NCBI GenBank assembly: GCA_963713615.1
Contig: CAVQMM010000001.1
Coordinates: 1,600,001 to 1,664,000, forward strand
Direction of reading: 5' to 3'
Source: an uncultured Chlamydiae bacterium
Lineage (GTDB): Bacteria; Chlamydiota; Chlamydiia; Chlamydiales; JAJFMA01
Length of the DNA stretch: 64,000 nucleotides
This document shows, piece after piece, positions 1-8,322 of this stretch. A program made the translations under genes and the position numbers. Positions within the stretch are counted from its first letter, which is position 1; the number at the start of each line of letters is the position of its first letter. Under the pieces are notes generated by a model. The model was given only the letters and a program-made list of their open reading frames with translations, was not told the DNA's origin and searched no databases.

Positions 1-82
1 TCTCTTTATCCCAGAATGAGGTGTATTCGTATACGTAGGTAACGCCGGTAGTCTTGTTTATATGGTTGACTCTGCATGGCAT
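1..82 (-). CDS. Transposase N-terminus, probably IS1634/IS4-like; runs off the window start
   Basis: Not in the ORF track. ATG at 82 follows the RBS AAGGAAGG and reads MPCRVNHINKTTGVTYVYEYTSFWDKE. The 'KKTGVTYVYE..S.WDK' pattern is typical of IS1634-like transposase N-termini. Confidence 0.65.
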   Translation of the reverse strand, partial: MPCRVNHINKTTGVTYVYEYTSFWDKE

Positions 83-214
83 ACACTATTTCCTTCCTTA
101 AATCGTTACAATTGTAACGATGAAAAATGAAAAAATCCAGCATAAAATGTGCGCAACAGGCTTTTTTTTAGTGAATTACGACAGACCTAGTTACAATTTT
201 CGCGGGAAATGAGG
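1..214 (-). mobile_element. Left end of an IS1634-like insertion sequence (partial)
   Basis: Transposase start plus upstream non-coding DNA with a perfect 20-bp palindrome ATCGTTACAATTGTAACGAT (102-121). A related GTTACAATT motif lies near the putative end (TTCCCGCGAAAATTGTAACTAG on the minus strand). The exact end is approximate. Confidence 0.5.
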
Positions 215-219
215 TACTA

Positions 220-327
220 ATGCAAGGATCTTCACCGCAAATGGCTCGTAGCACAGGGTGTTCTGTGAGTTGTTCAGGAGGGTGCTCAGTTAGTTGCTCA
301 AATAGATGTTCAAACAGGTGTAAATAG
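220..327 (+). CDS. Cys-rich CxxxC-repeat peptide (RiPP precursor-like), possibly 5'-truncated by the IS
   Basis: Manual translation: MQGSSPQMARSTGCSVSCSGGCSVSCSNRCSNRCK*. Six Cys sit at exact 4-residue spacing. GAGG lies upstream, and the stop is 9 nt before the next gene. Confidence 0.7.
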   Translation: MQGSSPQMARSTGCSVSCSGGCSVSCSNRCSNRCK

Positions 328-336
328 CCAAGGTTT

Positions 337-1860
337 TTGATAATGAAGGAAGAAATATCGTGCTTGAGTCTACTTGACCGGGTAAGGTCTCTTGGTCCAT
401 GCATGATTTTCTTCCTCCTATTAAGTAAGGGCTTTGGCAATATCTATCTTATGGCCTTGGGGGCCGCTATCCCTCTTGGTTACGGATTGGCTAATGCGAT
501 AAAGTCTGCGTCTCATGTCCGGATTATTGGCCTCTCTTTTTGCGTCCTCATGTTGCTCATGCGGTGGCCTCTTGTTCATCTCTGGGGATATTGGGCCCTT
601 GTAACAGCTTTATTAGGTTGGAGTAAACATAGTGCAGTTGCGGTGATCGGAAGTTTTGCAACACTCTGGCTTACTCAGGAAACGACGCTTGGCTCATGGA
701 CTGTCATACCCTTCTTAAGTCTTGCAAGCTTTGTGGGTTTCTTTGCACTGTTGTGGTGTTTTCCACGTTCGGTGGCCCTCATCGTCGTTGGTGTTACTAT
801 TCTGACCGGATATGAACTATATCAAATTGGTTTGACTCACCCTACCATCCAAATAGCTCAGGATTCCTCTACCGGAAAAGGGTATACTCCAGGCCCCACA
901 CTAGCTTCAATTTTAAAAGCTAAGATTACCAAGCCCGGTATGGTTGAAGGAGATATAGGGGTCTCAAGCCTTGTCTTCGATACTGGTCCTTTCACCGCCT
1001 CTCATCAAATACTGATTGTGGAACATGACATATGCCCTGAAGAACTTAGTCATCTGATTCTACCATCGAATGCTCGCCAAAGTGAGCCCTGGTTTGAAAA
1101 CCAATTTCTGGGAAATCAATATCTACTTGAAGCCATAGCTCAAGATGGTTTTTTGGCAAGCAACCTTGGTGGCAGCTTAAAGCATACAGGTCAATTACTC
1201 CTTGCTTCGCTTGCTCATGAAAGCAATCAGTTAATCACACCTTTGGTTATTAAGAAGGGTAATAAAACATTGGTTCAAGACTCAGACCCCTTTGTCGACA
1301 GATTGGCTTGTAGACAGGAAAATGTCGTTAAAGAGATTGTCCGTGGACGTATCGAGCCTCGAGTGTTGAATCTCTCGCTACTTTTTACCGCATTTTTACC
1401 CCTCGCCTCCATCTATAATCTCATCAGGTGGTTACCAGTCATCATATTACTTCTAAACGGAGTTTGGATTCCTAAAGTAGGAGAGGTAAGGATCGTTGGA
1501 TCAATAGGATGGCCGCATGAGCCATCCAAGATCTCTGGATTAATCACCTCGCTAAATGATGCTGGTTTTAATTGGCGGCTGGGCACGTCGAAAACCAGGC
1601 TATTAGCTATCGGTGCGGGTAGATCTGCAACTCGGCAGGACGAGGAGTTGATAATTCTTGAACCAGGTGCGGTGGTAAAGATAGGTACTCATATCGTCCG
1701 AGCGGGAACCATACCGTTAGCTGTGGTGAATGGAATTTTGGATGCTCGAACTCTGGATGTTGATGGCGTAATAACGGCGACGGGCACCATCATTGATGGT
1801 GCCCTGGTTATCGCGACAGGAAGTCCCAGTAAATTAGAGTGGAAGGCACTTCTTAAATGA
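337..1860 (+). CDS. Multi-pass membrane protein with extracytoplasmic domain (hypothetical)
   Basis: 507 aa ORF with several N-terminal hydrophobic segments, a soluble domain and further TM segments. Overlaps the next gene (ATGA). Confidence 0.75.
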   Translation: MIMKEEISCLSLLDRVRSLGPCMIFFLLLSKGFGNIYLMALGAAIPLGYGLANAIKSASHVRIIGLSFCVLMLLMRWPLVHLWGYWALVTALLGWSKHSAVAVIGSFATLWLTQETTLGSWTVIPFLSLASFVGFFALLWCFPRSVALIVVGVTILTGYELYQIGLTHPTIQIAQDSSTGKGYTPGPTLASILKAKITKPGMVEGDIGVSSLVFDTGPFTASHQILIVEHDICPEELSHLILPSNARQSEPWFENQFLGNQYLLEAIAQDGFLASNLGGSLKHTGQLLLASLAHESNQLITPLVIKKGNKTLVQDSDPFVDRLACRQENVVKEIVRGRIEPRVLNLSLLFTAFLPLASIYNLIRWLPVIILLLNGVWIPKVGEVRIVGSIGWPHEPSKISGLITSLNDAGFNWRLGTSKTRLLAIGAGRSATRQDEELIILEPGAVVKIGTHIVRAGTIPLAVVNGILDARTLDVDGVITATGTIIDGALVIATGSPSKLEWKALLK

Positions 1861-3905
1861 ATATAGCTAGAACCCGAGGCTTTTCTGTGCGGATGATCGA
1901 AGCGGGCTTTATAATGATTAGCTGCATACTTTGCCAAGGCATGGGGCGCTATTCGGAAGCCATACTTATCTTTTCTTTGTTGACCTTAGTTTGTTTATTT
2001 CAGCCACGCCTCCGAGGGACCAGTTTTTTAGGTTTCATATCTGTTATCGGATTTGCGCTAATGACTGCTCTTGAGGGGAAATTATCAGCATTAATACCCG
2101 CGATCCTAGTCCTTGGTGCGAAACAGATTTTATTACCTGTATCCTCGGGCAATCCATATATTGCTTCCATCTGTGTGATAGGAGCCCTGTTATCGTACTT
2201 TTTGCCGGATCGAGACTGGTTGGCATGCCTGCTGAGTATCGCAGCCTGTACATTACCAACAATTAAAGCCAAAGAAGCAATCGATTCCAACAAAACCTTG
2301 ATTATATCGGGCTGTGCTGGCTGTATTATGGTTGCAGGGCTTCTCGCCTGTCATTTTACAGATAAATCAGTCAAAGTAGGTATTATAGAAGGGGGGCAGT
2401 GGGCCTCAACTCATGACCGTCTAGATTCTCTCAAAACCCTGGACCTGAGACAACTCTACGGCTACACGGAACTTTTAGAACTAGTTGAAGGGGATTCTTT
2501 ACAATTAGATAGCCCGATAGATTCTTATTCCGAACTATGGCTGATTATTCCAACTACCCCATTAACGGCAGAAAAAAAGGAACGGTTGCTAAAATGGGTG
2601 GAACGGGGCGGCCATCTTGTAATAGTAACAGATCATACCGACTTATTCGGTCATGCATCGGTCTTAAATGATTTGCTTGCAGAGACCTCTCTTCACATCG
2701 GCACAGATGCTCTCTTTCCGCAAGATCCTGCCGCGCACTCCCAAGTCACCCTGCACAGGGACATTCCACTGAAAACCGCCAATAGCGAATTTGGCTGGCT
2801 ACTATGGCCTACAATGACTGCTAGATGGATTTCGGAAGAAGTTGACTATTCATCCAAAAATTTCTTTGGTCCACAAGAAGCGACAGATAATGCATCATTT
2901 GGCCGGCATGTGATTAGTGGGGCAAAATCCTATGGAAGAGGCGTTATTACGTTGTTTGGTGATAGCACAGTCTTTGCCAATTTTGCCATTTATCAACCGG
3001 GTATCATCCCTTTTCTTGAACATCTCCGCTCACCGAAACTAATGGCACATGCATATCCCTGGATACTCCTATTTGTAGCGCTCGCTTTGGTTTGTCGACT
3101 CTGCTGGCGTCGAGATTTCCTTCTCGTAATAACCTCGGTTTTGGGGATATTAGTCATTGGAGACCTGCGGAGAGTTTCGACAAATTGGCCGGATTTCATC
3201 GTTTTTGGGGGTGAAAGCGAAAGGGTATCCGAGTGGGCAGAACCGAATACCAGCCTATCCACCGCATTCGCATTTATACCTCTATCCGGAAAGAAACCAC
3301 GCTGGTCAAATGAGCTATTATCCAAAAGCAAGGGTTGCTGGCTTTCGGCCAATGTACCACCACCATCGTCACAATGGATCTGGATTACTCCAGAAGCTGA
3401 AAACGATGAACACGTTGCTCTGCAAATGGACAGCGCTATAACAACCGCACTCGCACCACTGCTCACTGTTATAACCGAAGACAAACCACAAGCTTGGGAT
3501 ACTATCTCCTTGAAAGAGCAACCACTAAAAGTTGGCCATGTTGCAACCAATGATGCCATGGGCCAGTGGTGGTTAGACCATGGGATAAGCAATGCTAAGA
3601 AAGTCAGGATTCAAGGCTGGCTAAACCTTGTTGCAAATGGGAGTCCAAAACAAGGTACATCTTATGCATGGATCCGGGTTGGGGTTATACCACATGAATA
3701 TAAACTCCGACGAGCCGGCGAGGAGTGGCAGACGATTACTCTTCCTGAATTGTTGATAGATGGGACAGAAGGTGAGGTATATCTCGGACGTGGCGTGTCG
3801 GCAAAGGTAGTCAAAATGGAGGGCAATAAATTAGCGCTCCTAGGCACCTCCGCGCTAACCGAAGGTTGGCGCGTGGTAGACTCCTGGATTCTAATGCTGA
3901 ACTGA
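1857..3905 (+). CDS. Membrane protein with a DUF4350/GldG-like (glutamine amidotransferase-like fold) domain
   Basis: 682 aa. N-terminal TMs followed by the motifs 'LWLIIPTTPL..EKKERLLKWVERGGHLVIVTDH' and 'YGRGVITLFGDSTVFAN'. Confidence 0.65.
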   Translation: MNIARTRGFSVRMIEAGFIMISCILCQGMGRYSEAILIFSLLTLVCLFQPRLRGTSFLGFISVIGFALMTALEGKLSALIPAILVLGAKQILLPVSSGNPYIASICVIGALLSYFLPDRDWLACLLSIAACTLPTIKAKEAIDSNKTLIISGCAGCIMVAGLLACHFTDKSVKVGIIEGGQWASTHDRLDSLKTLDLRQLYGYTELLELVEGDSLQLDSPIDSYSELWLIIPTTPLTAEKKERLLKWVERGGHLVIVTDHTDLFGHASVLNDLLAETSLHIGTDALFPQDPAAHSQVTLHRDIPLKTANSEFGWLLWPTMTARWISEEVDYSSKNFFGPQEATDNASFGRHVISGAKSYGRGVITLFGDSTVFANFAIYQPGIIPFLEHLRSPKLMAHAYPWILLFVALALVCRLCWRRDFLLVITSVLGILVIGDLRRVSTNWPDFIVFGGESERVSEWAEPNTSLSTAFAFIPLSGKKPRWSNELLSKSKGCWLSANVPPPSSQWIWITPEAENDEHVALQMDSAITTALAPLLTVITEDKPQAWDTISLKEQPLKVGHVATNDAMGQWWLDHGISNAKKVRIQGWLNLVANGSPKQGTSYAWIRVGVIPHEYKLRRAGEEWQTITLPELLIDGTEGEVYLGRGVSAKVVKMEGNKLALLGTSALTEGWRVVDSWILMLN

Positions 3906-4028
3906 AGGATTGATTTTTGGCATACACACCAAGCGTTCTAATCCTGCTGCGATGTCTAAGCGGAGAAATTTGCTGGCCCAAAACTCAAGACCACCAATAA
4001 CTCCAATTTTGGATCTTATACAGGACAA

Positions 4029-4964
4029 TTGATGACTATACCAGACTATCAAGAGTTGATGCTTCCTTTACTCGAACTTGTAGCCAAACGACCCAATCTA
4101 TCAAATCAAGATATGGTCGAAGAACTATGTAATCGCTTCAAGCTTACGGATGAAGAGATACGACGTCTACTCCCCTCTGGTACCCAGCGCGTGATTTTGA
4201 ATCGCATTGGATGGGCGAAGACATATCTTAAGCACGCTGGGCTAGTGAGCTCTCCAAGGAGAGGAACTATAATTCTTACAGAGCAAGGACATGAGACGCT
4301 TGCTTCCCAGCCCACACGCATTGATAGGAAATTTCTTCATCAATTCGACTCCTTCCGAGAGTTCATACGGCGTAGATCGGACGACCAAATCGCCTCGGCA
4401 ACAATGGATTATCGAGAGCCACTAGACATGGAATCTCATGAGACATTAGAAGAGTCGATGGGGCGTATCTATCAACGCTATAAAGATACCATCCTAGCGG
4501 ACCTTATGGAAAAAATCCAATCATGCTCCTTTACTTTCTTCGAGCAGCTAGTAGTCGATTTAATGCTTAAGCTGGGGTATGGGGGTGGCCACAAAGATGC
4601 AGGTTTCGCCTTAGGTAAAACCGGTGATGAAGGAATCGATGGAGTCATTAAAGAAGACCGTCTGGGCTTGGCATTAATCTACCTTCAAGCAAAACGTTGG
4701 AAAAGTTCTATCACGGTGGGACGACCGGAAATTCAAAAATTCGCTGGCGCCCTTTTGGGGAAAGCTGAAAAAGGGGTGTTTATCACAACATCAAGCTTTT
4801 CGGACGAAGCACGCCGGTTCGCGGAATCAACCTCCCATCTCAAGATTATCTTGATTGACGGAAAGTACCTATGTGAGCTGATGTGGGAGCGCGACCTTGG
4901 ATTGGAAGACGCTGGCGGCTATCGTTTCAAACGACTTAAATTGGACTACTTCTCAGAGATCTAA
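4029..4964 (+). CDS. mrr: Mrr-family type IV restriction endonuclease
   Basis: Mrr_N region (IPDYQELMLPLL...NRIGWAKTYLKHAGL) and Mrr_cat motif GDEGIDG...IYLQAKRW...GVFITTSSF. Confidence 0.95.
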   Translation: MMTIPDYQELMLPLLELVAKRPNLSNQDMVEELCNRFKLTDEEIRRLLPSGTQRVILNRIGWAKTYLKHAGLVSSPRRGTIILTEQGHETLASQPTRIDRKFLHQFDSFREFIRRRSDDQIASATMDYREPLDMESHETLEESMGRIYQRYKDTILADLMEKIQSCSFTFFEQLVVDLMLKLGYGGGHKDAGFALGKTGDEGIDGVIKEDRLGLALIYLQAKRWKSSITVGRPEIQKFAGALLGKAEKGVFITTSSFSDEARRFAESTSHLKIILIDGKYLCELMWERDLGLEDAGGYRFKRLKLDYFSEI

Positions 4965-4990
4965 AGATATTAATGGCTAGTGGTCAGACG

Positions 4991-5133
4991 TAGAGTGTTG
5001 ATTTGAGGCTTTTTTGTGCCAATAGTTTCAGGGAAATCTTGTCCATCCTTCCAATACGATTCCTTCTCCATTTTAAAGGGACAAAATTTGACAATGCCCA
5101 TGGGTGATGAAAATGGCTTGAATCAACACCCTA
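4991..5133. mobile_element. MITE inserted into a GGGGTCAGAC REP-like motif
   Basis: Terminal IRs TAGAGTGTTGATT / AATCAACACCCTA, flanked by the direct repeat GGTCAGACG (4982-4990 and 5134-5142). A similar left end occurs at 25821. Confidence 0.7.
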
Positions 5134-5164
5134 GGTCAGACGTGACTCCAAGCAAAAACGATAA

Positions 5165-5959
5165 TCAGTAACACCCAAATCCCTGGCATTCACCACTTCT
5201 TTTCGCTTTTATAGCAAACGACTTTTGAGGTGAATTGCATAACGCTCTTGAATTCTGAAATTGAAAACCACCACCTTGAGGATTGACAAATTGAAATATT
5301 CCATTATTAATGATAAATTTGAATCCTTGATAAAACATATCTAATTCGGAAATTAATATTTTTTTGGGTTGCTCATTTACAGAAATCTTCACTAACGTTT
5401 TGACCTGCTCTCCTCTGGTCTTTATGGTAATGATTCCTCCTTCTGTAGTAGCATCCCAGCAGTCTGGATTTCCTCTCCATTCATTTTGTTTGATGCTTAG
5501 TAATTCTTCACCATTCTCATTAAAAAAATGGCCTGACAGTCTAAAAGGGCTATTTTCAAATTCAGGGGGGTCTATTCGCAGGAGGCTAAACTCCTCAATT
5601 AAAATAACATCTTTATAACCAAAAAACTCATTAGAACCTAAGAAGAGCCTTGGACAGTCCTCATTTAGGTATAATTGATTTTTGAACCCTTGTTTTTTGC
5701 AAAAAGGAGACTGATTTGCTATTTCTATTTTCTCTAACGGAAGAAATCCTCTTTCCTTTTCATCATGGTGACTGCCACACAGGAGAGTAATTCCTTCTGC
5801 GGAATGATGTCTGCAATCCATAAATGGCGGATTAAAATGTTCATATTGATAAATTCCTGATCCGCAAATGACACATCCGAACCCGCAGCGTTGGCGAACT
5901 TGTCTAGCGATTTTTTTAGGAATATTACGAGAAAGGTTAAATTCATTTTTATTAGACAT
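5165..5959 (-). CDS. HNH-type endonuclease domain protein
   Basis: 264 aa. N-terminal RQRCGFGCVICG...YEHFNP...ITLLCGSHH is a Zn-binding HNH pattern; the C-terminus is beta-rich. Confidence 0.75.
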   Translation of the reverse strand: MSNKNEFNLSRNIPKKIARQVRQRCGFGCVICGSGIYQYEHFNPPFMDCRHHSAEGITLLCGSHHDEKERGFLPLEKIEIANQSPFCKKQGFKNQLYLNEDCPRLFLGSNEFFGYKDVILIEEFSLLRIDPPEFENSPFRLSGHFFNENGEELLSIKQNEWRGNPDCWDATTEGGIITIKTRGEQVKTLVKISVNEQPKKILISELDMFYQGFKFIINNGIFQFVNPQGGGFQFQNSRALCNSPQKSFAIKAKRSGECQGFGCY

Positions 5960-6077
5960 ATCTTGCGCGAGCTTGTTTTTGAATTATTATTAAAATAATA
6001 GCATTATAGAATTTTAAATTCGCTACTAAAATCGCATAGACATGACTGATCTTCTTACAAGGCATTAGTAATTTCTC

Positions 6078-6584
6078 TTATTTTATCCACTTAAAGCCAA
6101 TAACGGATTCAGGCAGATTTAATGCCTTAGCAATTTTATAAAGTGTCGTACGACGCGGCATAGAACTAGATGTGAAAAATCGACTAAGAGAGGGCTGTGG
6201 AATACCGGTCTTTCGAGCCAGTTCGTTAATTCCACCCTGTCGATCAACTTCTGATCGTAGTCGCTCTTTAAATGCCATGACATCATTTTTAATATCCTTG
6301 AGATCGTTAAAAAGGAGATAGGGCCGCTCCTCTGTTTTTGAGGGAGCATCTACAATATCCTCAAGTGAATCTTGCAAATCAGCAATAATTCTGTCGCGCT
6401 CACCGGAATCCACTTCTTCAAACCACAGTTCCATCAAATCTCGAATTCCTTCGTAGCGCTGACAATATTCCATCAATAAACAAATAAATGCTCCCTCAAT
6501 ACCAATACGGCGCATTTCGTTGAGAATATCTAGAACGTGCAAATCAGCACTTGGATTATCTTCGTGGGTTTGTGCATGGCTCAT
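6078..6584 (-). CDS. XRE/Cro-C1 HTH protein, putative antitoxin (HigA-like)
   Basis: C-terminal HTH GINELARKTGIPQPSLSRF...TLYKIAKALNL. Overlaps the upstream toxin-like gene by 4 nt. Confidence 0.8.
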   Translation of the reverse strand: MSHAQTHEDNPSADLHVLDILNEMRRIGIEGAFICLLMEYCQRYEGIRDLMELWFEEVDSGERDRIIADLQDSLEDIVDAPSKTEERPYLLFNDLKDIKNDVMAFKERLRSEVDRQGGINELARKTGIPQPSLSRFFTSSSMPRRTTLYKIAKALNLPESVIGFKWIK

Positions 6585-6976
6585 GACAACCTACCTCGAA
6601 AAAAGAATCTTCCCTCTTTGATGAGTTGGATTTTTGTTTTAAATTTGAGCATCTCTCGCAGGTCGGTGCTCTTATTGTCTTTAACGTAGGCATTGCATAA
6701 ATATACAGTATCATCGGCAATAGCCACGAGCAACCGTAATTGGATTTGTCCTGGGCCCATATTATGCCATTTCATCTTGTATCCCTGACGAATGATCTTG
6801 CCACTTTTGTCCTTGCAAGGTCCCCAGAACTTATCGTTGCTAAATCTGAGATGCCCAGGATAATCTTTTAAGAGCTCTGCATCTGGACGGAGAACCTCTC
6901 TGTACTCTTCAGGTGAAAATACACCAACCAAGTCCAAAAAGGACTGCAGCGCCCATTCCGTGATTACGATCTCCAT
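6581..6976 (-). CDS. RelE/HigB-like toxin (putative)
   Basis: 131 aa. MEIVITEWALQSF N-terminus and RLLVAI...VYLCNAYVK C-terminus fit a RelE/Gp49-like layout, upstream of the HTH gene. Confidence 0.6.
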   Translation of the reverse strand: MEIVITEWALQSFLDLVGVFSPEEYREVLRPDAELLKDYPGHLRFSNDKFWGPCKDKSGKIIRQGYKMKWHNMGPGQIQLRLLVAIADDTVYLCNAYVKDNKSTDLREMLKFKTKIQLIKEGRFFFRGRLS

Positions 6977-6998
6977 CGTCCCATTCCCGCATATAACT

Positions 6999-7029
6999 TA
7001 TGATAACATAAGATAGCATATCATAGCAA
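6999..7029 (-). promoter_or_regulatory. Putative TA promoter overlapped by an inverted-repeat operator
   Basis: TTGCTA-18 nt-TATCAT on the minus strand, with inverted repeat TATGATA-N13-TATCATA (6999-7025). Confidence 0.4.
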
Positions 7030-7134
7030 TACACTCCAGGAGATAATGAAGGCATTGTGAGGTCATGGCACACCTGTGGCACAGTGGCACACGTTTCATG
7101 TCATTTCTGGCCATCACTTCTCGGTTGATTTCAA

Positions 7135-7265
7135 TGCTAGGGGTCAGACGTGACTTATTGCTAGGGGTCAGACGTGACTTATTGACTTCTTGTCTGAAAT
7201 TCTGCTTTCTCACCAAAGTCTCTCGTGTGCTAAACAAGTCAATAAGCCACGTCTGATCCCTAGCA
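7135..7265. repeat. REPIN-like pair of GGGGTCAGAC repeats with a tandem 24-bp duplication
   Basis: TGCTAGGGGTCAGACGTGACTTAT occurs twice in tandem (7135, 7159). An inverted copy AAGTCAATAAGCCACGTCTGATCCCTAGCA (7236-7265) matches 28 of 30 bases. Confidence 0.85.
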
Positions 7266-7515
7266 CCACCCCTGCCGACTCTCACCTTGTGATGCTCTTT
7301 AAGCATTATGTTGTTCCGATATAACCAGCTGATTCTATGTCACATAAACGCGCATCTATTGAAATTATAATATACAAAATAATAGCATGACCTTCTATAA
7401 AATAATGAACAGGCCGTAACCAATCACCTCGCAATGACTACAAAAATTAATAGCACATGCAAGTTACGTATTAGTTTTCGGAGAGTAGGAAGAATAGCGT
7501 TCGTGCATCAGAAAT

Positions 7516-7886
7516 ATGTTAAGTGAGTTTAATATAGCCAGCTTATCGGCTAGAGAAAAGAAACGAGTTCTAGAGATGATTGACAGAGGAGATTCGCTTC
7601 CCGAAAGATATCGTCATCTACTATTTGAACAACCGCACAAAGCGGAATTGGTTTGGTCTGGAAAAACTCAAGAAACAACAAAGTTGTTCTACCATTCCAA
7701 ACAATTGAGCAAATTGATGAACCCCGCCTTGAGCCGTCTAAAGAGACCCCACTTGATTTTTTTCGCTGCAACACATCTACAGGAAGACAGTCGGCTGGTT
7801 GGACCAATAAATTAATTTGGGGAGACAATCGGTTAGTTCTTTCATCTCTAAAGAACGGTCCCTTACGGAAGCAAACAGCGTATTAG
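7516..7886 (+). pseudogene. Type III R-M Mod (DNA methyltransferase) N-terminal fragment, frameshifted and truncated
   Basis: Frame 1 gives ...LPERYRHLLFE...ELVWSGKTQE, continued in another frame by VVLPFQTIEQIDEPR...GWTNKLIWGDNRLVLSSLKNGPLR. It stops before the catalytic DPP motif. Confidence 0.8.
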
Positions 7887-8082
7887 CAATGCGTTTAGAG
7901 GCGATGATGGGTCTTGCCTACAGACTTTGTGCCGGTACGAATCCACTCTTGAGCGAAACTTTTACAAAGCAATTCATGAACTTCAGCGTCTTCAGGCAAT
8001 GCGTATGGGTATTGCTGTAGCTACCCCTACGGCAATAGATATTAACCTCAACCGCTCTGATGAGATTGGCTTCGTTTCGTAA
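7867..8082 (+). pseudogene. C-terminal fragment of a mobile-element-associated hypothetical protein
   Basis: Manual translation ...LQTLCRYESTLERNFYKAIHELQRLQAMR...IGFVS*. This resembles the C-terminus of the 'ANRRNAQKSTGP' hypothetical family. It has no start and abuts the Mod fragment. Confidence 0.5.
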
Positions 8083-8147
8083 TTTTATTAAATCACACCA
8101 AGAGCTCTTTGGAGACACGAAATTTTCCGGTTCAGCAAAGTAGCAGT

Positions 8148-8303
8148 CTAAAACCACCTGCTACCAAATAATTTTCCTATAAGGGCACCAATTTTGCGCT
8201 GTCTTCCCGATTTAGTAAGAGGAATTCCGATTGCGCGCGATATTTGCGCTTTAAATGCTGAAATACCTAGAAGCCGTCTCCAGGAAAACCCACCTCTGTT
8301 CAT
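8148..8303 (-). CDS. Small basic protein (51 aa), last gene of the AAA/radical SAM/helicase operon
   Basis: ATG at 8303 with RBS AGGTG. MNRGGFSWRRLLGISAFKAQISRAIGIPLTKSGRQRKIG resembles a recurrent small protein of mobile islands. Confidence 0.7.
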   Translation of the reverse strand: MNRGGFSWRRLLGISAFKAQISRAIGIPLTKSGRQRKIGALIGKLFGSRWF

Positions 8304-8322
8304 AAATTCACCTAATAAATGT

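Noticed and set aside
168..440. 90 aa minus-strand ORF with EQLTEHP repeats
   Set aside because: It is the antisense shadow of the CxxxC peptide repeats.
7066..7091. TGGCACA x3 as integrase arm sites of an internal att
   Set aside because: Short, irregularly spaced, and with no recognisable tRNA core nearby.
7135..7188. Mini CRISPR array
   Set aside because: Two abutting 24-bp copies with no spacer and no cas genes; it fits a REP-like repeat.
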